From a bacterium (GTDB lineage: Bacteria; Patescibacteriota; Minisyncoccia; Phycocordibacterales; Phycocordibacteraceae), in the NCBI GenBank assembly GCA_021849125.1, contig JAJZTG010000001.1:18392-82391 (forward strand): a stretch of DNA of 64,000 nucleotides, given 5' to 3'. Below the pieces are notes generated by a model, which was given only the letters and a program-made list of their open reading frames with translations, did not search any database and was not told where the DNA came from. A program made the position numbers and the translations under genes. Positions 28,241 to 36,771 of the stretch are shown piece by piece. How positions within the stretch are numbered: position 1 is the first letter of the stretch; each line of letters opens with the position of its first letter.

Positions 28241-29571
28241 ATAAGGTCGTCACTCGTATCGCCCCTTCACCGACGGGTCGTTTCCATATCGGCACCGCAC
28301 GCACTGCGCTTTTCAACTATCTCTTCGCCCGCCACATGGGCGGCTCGTTCCTTATCCGCGTCGAAGATACCGACCGCGAGCGTAGCAAGCCCGAATTCGA
28401 GAAAGATATTCTGGACGGGCTCGCTGGGCTCGGCCTCGTCGCCGACGAGACGGTACGTCAGAGCGAACGCGTCGATCGGCACACCGAGCTTCTGAAAGAA
28501 CTCGTCGGACGCGATCTTGCCTACGTCTCCCACGAAGAAAGCAAGACCGAAGCGGGAAAGACCGTCGAGGTGGTGCGCCTTCGTAATCCAGGAAGGGAAG
28601 TGACCTTTCACGATGAGGTGCGCGGTGATATCACGTTCGATACGACCGAGCTCGGTGACTTCGTCATCGCCCGTTCGCTTACCGACCCGCTCTATCACTT
28701 CGCCGTCGTCGCTGATGACATGGACATGGGCGTCACGCATGTGATCCGCGGCGAAGACCATATCAGCAATACGCCCCGCCAGATACTGATCCAAGAAGCG
28801 ATCGGCGCGCCACGCCCGGTCTACGCGCATCTGCCGCTCATCCTCGACGAGAAGCGTGCGAAGCTCAGCAAGCGTTCTGGCGCGACCAGCGTCCAGGACT
28901 ATCTCGACGAAGGCATACTTCCGGAGGCGCTCGTAAACTATCTCGCGCTTCTCGGGTGGAACCCCGGCGACACGCGCGAGTATTTCACGCTTCAAGAACT
29001 TGTCGATGCGTTCTCGCTCGAAGGCATCCAGAAAAGCGGTGCCGCTTGGGACCGCGAAAAACTCTTGTCGGTCAACCAGCACTGGATGCGTGAGCTTACG
29101 ACCGATGCGTTCATCACCCGAGGCAACCTCACTGCACCCGATGAGAAGCTTCTTATCGAATCCGTCCCGCTCCTCAAAGAGCGTGCACGCACTTTTAGCG
29201 AAGCACGCGAACTCCTTTCCGGCGAGCTTTCCTGCCTGTTTACGAAGCCTGAACTCCACCGGGAGCTCCTCGTTGCAAAAGAACCTACCGAGCGCCCAGG
29301 GATGACCGAAACCGCCCTAGAAAGCCTCCAGGAGCCTATAAAATCCCTTCCTGAGGGCATTTCTGCCGAGGTGGTCAAAGAGTCGCTTATGCCGTTTGCT
29401 GACGCTGAGGAGGCAAAAGGGAAGGGAGGCAGGGGAGCGGTGCTCTGGCCGCTCCGGTATGCGCTTTCGGGTCGCGAGCGCTCGCCAGACCCTTTTACGC
29501 TTATCGCAATCCTCGGAAAAGAAGAGACGCTCTCTCGTTTGGAGAAAGCGGTTGCTATACTAGAAGGATGA
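28237..29571 (+). CDS. gltX: Glutamate--tRNA ligase
   Basis: RIAPSPTGRFHIG, RVEDTD, HVIRGEDH, KLSKR. Confidence 0.96.
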   Translation: MNKVVTRIAPSPTGRFHIGTARTALFNYLFARHMGGSFLIRVEDTDRERSKPEFEKDILDGLAGLGLVADETVRQSERVDRHTELLKELVGRDLAYVSHEESKTEAGKTVEVVRLRNPGREVTFHDEVRGDITFDTTELGDFVIARSLTDPLYHFAVVADDMDMGVTHVIRGEDHISNTPRQILIQEAIGAPRPVYAHLPLILDEKRAKLSKRSGATSVQDYLDEGILPEALVNYLALLGWNPGDTREYFTLQELVDAFSLEGIQKSGAAWDREKLLSVNQHWMRELTTDAFITRGNLTAPDEKLLIESVPLLKERARTFSEARELLSGELSCLFTKPELHRELLVAKEPTERPGMTETALESLQEPIKSLPEGISAEVVKESLMPFADAEEAKGKGGRGAVLWPLRYALSGRERSPDPFTLIAILGKEETLSRLEKAVAILEG

Positions 29572-30926
29572 AGCGGTACGGTTCGATCTTTTTTCTTTTC
29601 ATCCTGGTAACCGCAGCATTTCTCGGCAACCCGAGATTGGCCCGGGCCGACGCCGCAGGCGACATTCAGGCGAAAATCGATGCTAACAAGCAACAGATCG
29701 ACGCCCTTGAGGCTGACATCGCTGCCTTCCAGAAACAGCTCGATACGCTCGGCACGAAACGCAATACGCTCCAATCCGCGATCGATACCCTGACGCTCTC
29801 CCAGAAGCAGCTTTCAACCCAGATCAAGATAACCCAGAACAAGATCGCTTCGGCAAACCTGGAGATCCAGCGTCTTTCGCTTTCCATCGGTGATAAGGAA
29901 AAATCGATCTCTGCAGATCAGCAAGCGATCTCAAAACAGCTGCAACAGATACGGGAGAAAGAACACATGCCGCTCATCGCTCAACTCATTTCTGCAGAAA
30001 CGTTGAGCGATGCTTGGAAGGCTGCAGATCAATCCCAACAGCTTAATGCAGCCTTGTCGAAGAATATCGACGACCTGCGCGCGGTCCGCACCGCGCTCGG
30101 CGTCGATCGGGACAAGGTCTCGGCAACCAAAGCGAGTCTTATCGCGCTTCAGAATGATCTCACGCTTGAGAAGCGTTCCGTAGACGCGAGCAAAGCGGCA
30201 CAACAGAGGCTTCTCAAGGAGACGAAAAACCAGGAAGCTAATTACCAGAAGCTGATAGCGCAGAAACAGGCCGCTGAGAAGTCTTTCGAGCAAGAGCTCG
30301 CAAGCCTGCAAAGCCAACTAAACCTTATCGTGCACTCGAACCTTCTCCCGAGAGTCGGGACCGGCATCTTGTCCTGGCCTTTCAGCAGCTCATTCATGTA
30401 CAATTGCGCGCAACGTAAGAAGGTTTTCGGAAACCCGTACTGTATAACGCAATACTTCGGCACCACTGCGTTCTCCACCGCAAATCCGCAAGTCTATAAT
30501 GGCCACGGGCATAACGCTATCGATATCGGCACGCCGATCGGTACGCCGATCAAAGCGGCTCTTGGCGGTACGGTACTCGGCACCGGTAATACCGACCTTT
30601 CTCATGACGCTCAAGGTCGCCAGTGCTATTCCTTCGGCAAGTGGGTCATGATCGTACACGGCAACGGCCTTAACACGCTCTACTCACACCTCTCGGAGAT
30701 CGATGTGGCAAAAGGACAGACCGTTTCTACCGGCCAAGTCATCGGTCTCTCCGGTATGACCGGCTATGCGACCGGGCCACACCTGCACTTCGGCGTGTAC
30801 GCGACCGAAGGTACGAAAATCATGACCTTGGGACAATTCAAATCAGAAAATGGAACCCGCTGTGCGAACGCGACTATGCCGGTCGCATCGATTGATGCCT
30901 ACCTGAATCCGCTTTCCTACCTCTAA
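29568..30926 (+). CDS. Coiled-coil plus M23 (LytM) peptidoglycan endopeptidase
   Basis: Signal peptide, long heptad region, HNAID, YSHLS, TGPHLHF. Confidence 0.92.
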   Translation: MKRYGSIFFLFILVTAAFLGNPRLARADAAGDIQAKIDANKQQIDALEADIAAFQKQLDTLGTKRNTLQSAIDTLTLSQKQLSTQIKITQNKIASANLEIQRLSLSIGDKEKSISADQQAISKQLQQIREKEHMPLIAQLISAETLSDAWKAADQSQQLNAALSKNIDDLRAVRTALGVDRDKVSATKASLIALQNDLTLEKRSVDASKAAQQRLLKETKNQEANYQKLIAQKQAAEKSFEQELASLQSQLNLIVHSNLLPRVGTGILSWPFSSSFMYNCAQRKKVFGNPYCITQYFGTTAFSTANPQVYNGHGHNAIDIGTPIGTPIKAALGGTVLGTGNTDLSHDAQGRQCYSFGKWVMIVHGNGLNTLYSHLSEIDVAKGQTVSTGQVIGLSGMTGYATGPHLHFGVYATEGTKIMTLGQFKSENGTRCANATMPVASIDAYLNPLSYL

Positions 30927-30976
30927 ATCTCGGCTGGCCGAGGAAAAGGAAAGGGGAGTGGTATACTGAAAACACC

Positions 30977-31156
30977 ATGTTCCACCTTATCTTCTGGCTG
31001 CTCGTCCTCTTTTTGGCGCTCTCTTTCTTCGGGATATCGATCCAAGCCGTCATAAGTTCACCGGCCGGCCAAGCGAACCTGCACTATATAGCCGCTCTTT
31101 TCGCATCCGTCTGGCATTGGCTGGTCCAGACAGTGCAGAGTACGGGGCTTTTCTAA
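30977..31156 (+). CDS. Small membrane protein (59 aa)
   Basis: Manual translation MFHLIFWLLVLFLALSFFGISIQAVISSPAGQANLHYIAALFASVWHWLVQTVQSTGLF; TATACT upstream. Confidence 0.6.
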   Translation: MFHLIFWLLVLFLALSFFGISIQAVISSPAGQANLHYIAALFASVWHWLVQTVQSTGLF

Positions 31157-31229
31157 ACCTCAGGCTTTGCCCTAGGATATTTACGCAAAAGATATATTGT
31201 GCGCACTTTATACGTAGAGCCCTCCCTTG

Positions 31230-31272
31230 AAGGAAGAGGCCCTCCCCGCTATGCTGGGAGGGCCTCTTCCTT
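31230..31272. terminator. Strong hairpin between convergent small ORFs
   Basis: aaggaagaggccctccc...gggagggcctcttcctt. Confidence 0.7.
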
Positions 31273-31295
31273 ATTTCTTAAAGCGCACAGCTGAT

Positions 31296-31415
31296 TTAGT
31301 TCTTCAATGCGATAACGATTACCTGAACCAGACTGATGAGGGTGCTTAGGAAGCCGGTCCAGAATGCGTAGACTTCGAGATTCGAGCCCCAACTTTTCTT
31401 ATGCTGCTTCGTCAT
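31296..31415 (-). CDS. Small single-TM peptide (39 aa), paralog A
   Basis: MTKQHKKSWGSNLEVYAFWTGFLSTLISLVQVIVIALKN; similar to the peptide at 32426-32578. Confidence 0.6.
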   Translation of the reverse strand: MTKQHKKSWGSNLEVYAFWTGFLSTLISLVQVIVIALKN

Positions 31416-31567
31416 ATGAGAAAAGCATATCATGGGCACGGCTTCTTGGACGCTACCCATTATCCACTTCCCTCTCCTATCCGTCCTTTCATGCTTTGAC
31501 TCCACTCTTAAATGCCCGTATCCTGAGTTCCAGCCAGCAACCCAAACCCTAAAAAGGAGGATTCTTT

Positions 31568-32341
31568 ATGTTCTTTCCGTACATAGGCATTACTGATTTC
31601 CTGTCATTTGAACAAGTCGCCCGGATGCTTACCGTGTTTAACGCACACAATCCGCAAGGATCCATGCGGCGACTGCATGTCGGCGTCATGATGAGCTACA
31701 AGACGCTTCACGGCATCGAGACGAAATGGTCGAAGGCCTTCCCGCCCAAGGAAGCCATTGCTAGTATCTTCGGCTCTGAAGAAACCTACAACTGCCTTCA
31801 CTATGCTGACTACGACCATATGCCGAACCTTGGGGAGACTCTCTACCGCGCGATTGGCTACGGTGGTATCGGAATCAACGCCATACAACTCGACATGCCC
31901 TGGCCTGATCCGAGACAAATCGTGCATGGCGTTCATATGTCCCGCCGAAATATCGAGGTCATCCTCCAGGTCGGCAAGGTTGCAATTGAGGAGGCAGACA
32001 ACGATCCTCAAATGGTCGTCCAGCGCCTTGAAGATTATGAGGGAGTGATTCATCGCGTCCTGCTCGACAAGAGCATGGGGCGCGGAGTCGGTATGGATGC
32101 GGTGGCACTACTTCCCTTCGCTCACGCCGTCAGGGCGAGGTTCCCAAACCTTGGCTTAGTCGCTGCAGGAGGGCTCGGACCACAAAGCATCAATCTGGTC
32201 GAACCACTGATCGCGGAGTTCCCCGATCTGAGTATCGACGCTCAAGGAAAACTGCGATCGAGCGGTAACGCACTTGATCCGATTGACTGGAATATAGCTG
32301 CTGAATACCTCGTCAAAGCCTTAGCCTTGTTCGGCAAATAG
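31568..32341 (+). CDS. Phosphoribosylanthranilate-isomerase-like (TrpF-like) TIM-barrel protein
   Basis: VLLDKSMGRG, VAAGGLGPQSI, SIDAQGKLR; strong SD AAGGAGG; terminator ctgggtaccc-ttcg-gggtgcccag-ttttt. Confidence 0.7.
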   Translation: MFFPYIGITDFLSFEQVARMLTVFNAHNPQGSMRRLHVGVMMSYKTLHGIETKWSKAFPPKEAIASIFGSEETYNCLHYADYDHMPNLGETLYRAIGYGGIGINAIQLDMPWPDPRQIVHGVHMSRRNIEVILQVGKVAIEEADNDPQMVVQRLEDYEGVIHRVLLDKSMGRGVGMDAVALLPFAHAVRARFPNLGLVAAGGLGPQSINLVEPLIAEFPDLSIDAQGKLRSSGNALDPIDWNIAAEYLVKALALFGK

Positions 32342-32425
32342 TGTGGCATTTCGCGCTGGGTACCCTTCGGGGTGCCCAGTTTTTGTACTCTTTGACTGCC
32401 GTAAAAGTTAGGTGCTACACCTAAC

Positions 32426-32578
32426 TTACTTGACGATCCGCAAGATGAGCATCGCGAGCGAAATGAGCATCGAGAGGAAGCCAGTGAGGACCGCATAAAC
32501 TTGCAGACGGCGCGTTCGGGCACCGTGACCCTTCGAATGCAGCGGCTTATTGAGGAGCCTCTTCTGACTAAAATCCAT
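32426..32578 (-). CDS. Small single-TM peptide (50 aa), paralog B
   Basis: Manual translation MDFSQKRLLNKPLHSKGHGARTRRLQVYAVLTGFLSMLISLAMLILRIVK; starts 2 nt after the LOG gene stop. Confidence 0.6.
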   Translation of the reverse strand: MDFSQKRLLNKPLHSKGHGARTRRLQVYAVLTGFLSMLISLAMLILRIVK

Positions 32579-32580
32579 GT

Positions 32581-33318
32581 CTAGCAGGAGACGTTCGCGA
32601 GGATATATTCATACGCCTCGTCGACCGAATCAACGAGCTTGTAGAGCTCCATGTCGGCTTCGTCGATATTCCCGAACTCCTTGTAGAGCGTATCGTGCAT
32701 GACGCCGAGGAGCGGCTCCCAATATTTCTTGCCGAAAACGACAATCGGAACCCTGCGGATCTTCTTGGTCTGCACCAAGGTGACGATCTCGAAGAACTCG
32801 TCGAGGGTACCGAAACCTCCCGGGAAATACACGTAGACTTCCGAAGCATACGTGAGCATCACCTTGCGCACGAAGAAATGGTCGAAGATGAAGCGGTCAG
32901 TGAGGTATGGATTGTAGCCCTGCGCATCGGCAAGATTGATATTGAGTCCGACCGACGCACCGCCAGCCTTGAAGGCACCCTCGTTCCCTGCTTGCATGAT
33001 GCCGGAGCTCCCGCCCGTAATGATCGCAAAACCTTTCTTCGAAAGACGCCCCGCGAGCTCGGAAGCGTGCTCGTAGTACTCTTCGCCGGGTTTGGTCCGC
33101 GCACTGCCGAAGAAGGTCGCAGCAAGGCTGTAGTGGCGGATGACGTCGAAACCTTCGACAAACTCTGACATGATCTTGAAGATGCGCCACGACTCGACCT
33201 TGTTCGGCTTACAGACGAGGAGCGGACGGTCTTCCGGCATGGCCTGACGGCCTTCATGGATGGCTTTTGCGAGGCGTTCTGCGGTCTCTTCGTTCGGTTT
33301 ATTGTGTTGCGTATCCAT
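32581..33318 (-). CDS. LOG family (TIGR00730) nucleotide phosphoribohydrolase
   Basis: FFGSART, TGGSSGIM, FFVRKVM, PGGFGTLDE. Confidence 0.92.
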   Translation of the reverse strand: MDTQHNKPNEETAERLAKAIHEGRQAMPEDRPLLVCKPNKVESWRIFKIMSEFVEGFDVIRHYSLAATFFGSARTKPGEEYYEHASELAGRLSKKGFAIITGGSSGIMQAGNEGAFKAGGASVGLNINLADAQGYNPYLTDRFIFDHFFVRKVMLTYASEVYVYFPGGFGTLDEFFEIVTLVQTKKIRRVPIVVFGKKYWEPLLGVMHDTLYKEFGNIDEADMELYKLVDSVDEAYEYILANVSC

Positions 33319-33340
33319 AGATACTTTCAATCTTAGCAGA

Positions 33341-33697
33341 TTACAGGCCCTTACAACCGGTGGCGAGCGTATAACCCGCTGCTTCCGCAGCCGAAGCCGA
33401 CGCAAAGGTTATCTTCGTAGCGCTTGAAAGACGACTCGCGCCGGCGCACATGACCGGATAGTACTTGGTGCCGTTTTTTGAAGCCACGACGCGCCCATCG
33501 GAGGGCAAGGGCGTGATAATGGCAGCAGTAGCCGTCCCCTGCCCTGCTGAGACCTGGAGACCTGCCTCACGGCCCGAAAGATAGCCTAAAGCGAAGCTTG
33601 CTGAGGCAGAGAGCAATAATATGGCTAAGATAAAGGCGTCTTTAGGGACGCGCGCGACTAGGCTTTTGCATTTTCCCGCCGCTTCTGCTATAGTCAT
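33341..33697 (-). CDS. Membrane protein with an Ada-metal-binding-like C-terminal domain
   Basis: TM helix, then VASKNGTKYY..C...I.F.S...AEAAGY....C. Confidence 0.7.
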   Translation of the reverse strand: MTIAEAAGKCKSLVARVPKDAFILAILLLSASASFALGYLSGREAGLQVSAGQGTATAAIITPLPSDGRVVASKNGTKYYPVMCAGASRLSSATKITFASASAAEAAGYTLATGCKGL

Positions 33698-33716
33698 CAG
33701 GTAACACTATACCACT

Positions 33717-33989
33717 ATGGCATCAACTAAAGCCGGCGGTTCCGCGAAGAACCTCACTGATTCCAACCCGCAATATCTCGGCGTGAAGCTCGCTGACGGC
33801 GCGACGGCAAAGCCGGGCGCTATCATCGTGCGCCAGCGCGGCACGAAGATCGAGGCCGGCAAGAACGTAAAGGTCGGCAAAGACCACACGCTTTTCGCGA
33901 CGGCAGACGGCAAGGTCGCTTTCCGCACCTGCCGCAAGATCACCTTCACTGGCCACCGTACGACCAAGAAAGTCGTCGACGTGATCTAA
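33717..33989 (+). CDS. rpmA: 50S ribosomal protein L27
   Basis: MASTKAGGS...[10 protein letters not shown]...IIVRQRGT...GKDHTLFA. Confidence 0.97.
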   Translation: MASTKAGGSAKNLTDSNPQYLGVKLADGATAKPGAIIVRQRGTKIEAGKNVKVGKDHTLFATADGKVAFRTCRKITFTGHRTTKKVVDVI

Positions 33990-33995
33990 GTAATA

Positions 33996-34034
33996 AAAAT
34001 AAAAATCGCCGCAGATCGCGGCGATTTTTATTTT
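33996..34034. terminator. Bidirectional terminator between rpmA and rplI
   Basis: aaaataaaaatcgccgc-agatc-gcggcgatttttatttt. Confidence 0.8.
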
Positions 34035-34045
34035 TGCCTAGCTGA

Positions 34046-34489
34046 CTATTCAGCCTGGATCGTGATCGAAAACTTGCCGAACGTTTCAGCGGAAGAAACC
34101 GGCACGTCGAAGGTGCCTACTTCCTTGAAAGGGCGCTCGAGCTTGATGACGCCTTCCGGAAGCTCTACCTTCGCCTGCTCCTTGGTCGCCTTGAGGATCT
34201 CCGGCTCCCCCACCGCATCGTAGAGGTGACCCTTCTCGTTTGCTTTCACGGTGATCGTGATGTGCGCATCCGCAAGCGCCTCGATGCTCTGCGAAAGAAG
34301 TGCGGCATCGACCGCCGAGCGCTGCATCGCTTGGGTGCGGCGAACCTCGGCCTCCTTGAGCGCCACCTTCGTCGCCGGAACAGCGAGCTTCTTCGGAATA
34401 AGGAAATTGAGCGCGTATCCGTCGCTCACCTCTACCTCGGCATGCGCACGGCCCATGCCCTTCACGTCTTTCGTCAAAATTACTTTCAT
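34046..34489 (-). CDS. rplI: 50S ribosomal protein L9
   Basis: MKVILTKDVKGMG...VSDGYALNFLIPKKLA. Confidence 0.95.
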   Translation of the reverse strand: MKVILTKDVKGMGRAHAEVEVSDGYALNFLIPKKLAVPATKVALKEAEVRRTQAMQRSAVDAALLSQSIEALADAHITITVKANEKGHLYDAVGEPEILKATKEQAKVELPEGVIKLERPFKEVGTFDVPVSSAETFGKFSITIQAE

Positions 34490-34532
34490 ATACTTAGAAT
34501 CTAACGTATCCGACGGCCCCCGTCAAAACCGG

Positions 34533-35789
34533 CTATTTCCCTTCCGTTAGGAACTGGACGGCGCGAGCCATCTGCGGATCAAGCTTGTTCTTCTGATCGC
34601 TTGCCGTATAGGGCACGACGATATCCGGCGTGATGCCATTGCCCATGATCCAGTGACCTTCCGGCGTTATCCAGCGTGCGACGGTCACCTTGAGAGAGCC
34701 TTCGCCAAGGTCGAGCAAAGTCTGGACCGAACCCTTTCCGAACGACTTGGTGCCGATGAGAGTCGCGACGTGGTTATCTTGCAGGGCGCCCGCAAGGATC
34801 TCAGAGGCGGAAGCCGAACCGCTGTCGATAAGGACGACGACCTTTGTCCCGATAGGAATGTCGTTATAGCCGATACTCGTATCCTTTTCGTTCGGATGCT
34901 TGCCGTCGAAATCTTCGGTCACGATCGTGGTCCCTTTCGGGAGGAAGTGGCTCGCGACATCGATCGCCGCATCCAGATATCCGCCCGGATTCCCGCGAAC
35001 GTCGACCACGAGCTTCTTCGAGCCTGAAGCCTTGAAACGCTTAAACGCCTGGTCGAAGAGGCTCGCGGAATTCGCCGTGAACTGGTAGAGCGCGATGTGA
35101 TAAACACCGGTCTTCTCGTCGAGACCATCATCCGTCTCGGGCACCTGGATCGTCTCGCGGACAACCTTGACCTCAAGCGGTTTCTTATCGCGGAGCAGGG
35201 TCAGGACGACGGTTGTTCCGACCGGACCGCGGATCTCGCTTACCGCCGTCTCGACTGCAAGCCCTTCGGTGGACTTCCCGTCGATCGCCAAGATGAGATC
35301 GCCCGCTTTGATGCCGGCTGCTTCCGCCGGCGTACCCTTCAACGGTGCGACGACAGTGAGCACATCGTTCTTGATGCCGATCTCCATTCCGACGCCGGCG
35401 AAGCTTCCTGAGATGCTCTCCGAGAAAGCCTTCGCTTCCTTGGGCGGGAAAAAGACCGTATACGGATCGCCGTAGGCGCTCGCAAGACCGCTGATCATCC
35501 CATACAGTCGCTCCTCTTCCGTGGGAAGGCTTGAGGAAGCGTGTGTAACCACATAATTAGCCTCGAGCGCATTCCAGGCTTTCCAAAAATCAGTCAGATC
35601 GAGATTCTGATCAGGTGTCGCATCAAGCCCATCGCCTATGAAAGGAAGATGCGTTACGACCGCGGCGGCAGAATTGGTGTTCGATCCGAGAGAAAGCCCC
35701 GCAAAAAACGCGACCGCCGCGACCAGCGCGAAAGAGACGCCACGCATCGCGACCGAACGGCTACGCGCGAAAGTTTCGTGCATGCTCAT
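34533..35789 (-). CDS. S41 carboxy-terminal protease (CtpA-like) with a PDZ domain
   Basis: GVGMEI PDZ, DVRGNPGGYL, SASASEI, SFGKGSVQ, GITPD. Confidence 0.95.
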   Translation of the reverse strand: MSMHETFARSRSVAMRGVSFALVAAVAFFAGLSLGSNTNSAAAVVTHLPFIGDGLDATPDQNLDLTDFWKAWNALEANYVVTHASSSLPTEEERLYGMISGLASAYGDPYTVFFPPKEAKAFSESISGSFAGVGMEIGIKNDVLTVVAPLKGTPAEAAGIKAGDLILAIDGKSTEGLAVETAVSEIRGPVGTTVVLTLLRDKKPLEVKVVRETIQVPETDDGLDEKTGVYHIALYQFTANSASLFDQAFKRFKASGSKKLVVDVRGNPGGYLDAAIDVASHFLPKGTTIVTEDFDGKHPNEKDTSIGYNDIPIGTKVVVLIDSGSASASEILAGALQDNHVATLIGTKSFGKGSVQTLLDLGEGSLKVTVARWITPEGHWIMGNGITPDIVVPYTASDQKNKLDPQMARAVQFLTEGK

Positions 35790-35843
35790 TGCGGGGAGTA
35801 TATCACGCGTGAACGGTACGAGCTCATGCTATGCTATAGAGCG

Positions 35844-36764
35844 ATGATATTCCGCTACGTATACCGCGACGGCGTCTGGCTCGACCTTGAGCACCCTACG
35901 GAAGAAGAGGTGCACAGCATCGCGCAGGAGTTCGGCATCAGCGAGCGGCTGCAGACGGAAATCCTCACTCCGACCCCTTCCTCGCTCGTTGCAAGCGAAG
36001 AGGGCATGGTTTTCCTAGTGCTTCACTTCCCCACTAACGGCGCCAATGACGGCGTCATCCGCGACCAGGAGGTCGACTTTCTGGTTGGGAAGAATTTCAT
36101 CATCACGGTGCGCTACGAAGTCGTCGCTTCGCTCCACCGCCTCCAGAAAGTCCTTGAGACGCAGCGTCTCATCTCTTCCCATGACACCTTGACCACCGAC
36201 GTGATGCTCGAGATCCTTTTCGCACACCTGTATGCGGCAGTCCGCGACCATACCGCCACTATCGCGGAACGGTTAACCGGCATCGAGCGTGACATGTTCA
36301 GCGGACTTGAACGCAAGACCGTCCGCCTCATCTCTGACATAAGCCGCGAATTCCTGCACATCGAGGCTTCGCTCGCCAACCAAGAAAGTTCCTTGACCCG
36401 TTTCCTGAAGGCGCTCGCGCTTCGCCATTCCTTCGGCCCGTTCTTCGAAGAACGTTCCGAGCGTATCTTCGTCGAACGTGATCAGGTATCACGACTCGTT
36501 TCCACCTACCGCGCGGTCGCGACCGAGCTCCGGCAGACGAACGCATCGCTCCTTGAGTCTCGCCAGAACGACATCATGCGAGCGCTCACGATGATCACCG
36601 TACTCGTGCTTCCGCTCGAGCTTATCGCCGTGACCTTCGGCATCCATGCGCCCGGCACGCCGTTTGAGGGAGAGTCGAACGGATTCTGGATCATCATTAC
36701 CATCATGCTCTCGCTTACCGGCATCATGACCATCTTCTTCGCGAAGAAACGTTGGCTTTTCTGA
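35844..36764 (+). CDS. CorA-family divalent cation transporter
   Basis: WLDLEHPT, LVLHFP, NDIMRALT, two C-terminal TM helices; the GMN motif appears as GIH. Confidence 0.85.
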   Translation: MIFRYVYRDGVWLDLEHPTEEEVHSIAQEFGISERLQTEILTPTPSSLVASEEGMVFLVLHFPTNGANDGVIRDQEVDFLVGKNFIITVRYEVVASLHRLQKVLETQRLISSHDTLTTDVMLEILFAHLYAAVRDHTATIAERLTGIERDMFSGLERKTVRLISDISREFLHIEASLANQESSLTRFLKALALRHSFGPFFEERSERIFVERDQVSRLVSTYRAVATELRQTNASLLESRQNDIMRALTMITVLVLPLELIAVTFGIHAPGTPFEGESNGFWIIITIMLSLTGIMTIFFAKKRWLF

Positions 36765-36771
36765 TTGTGAT

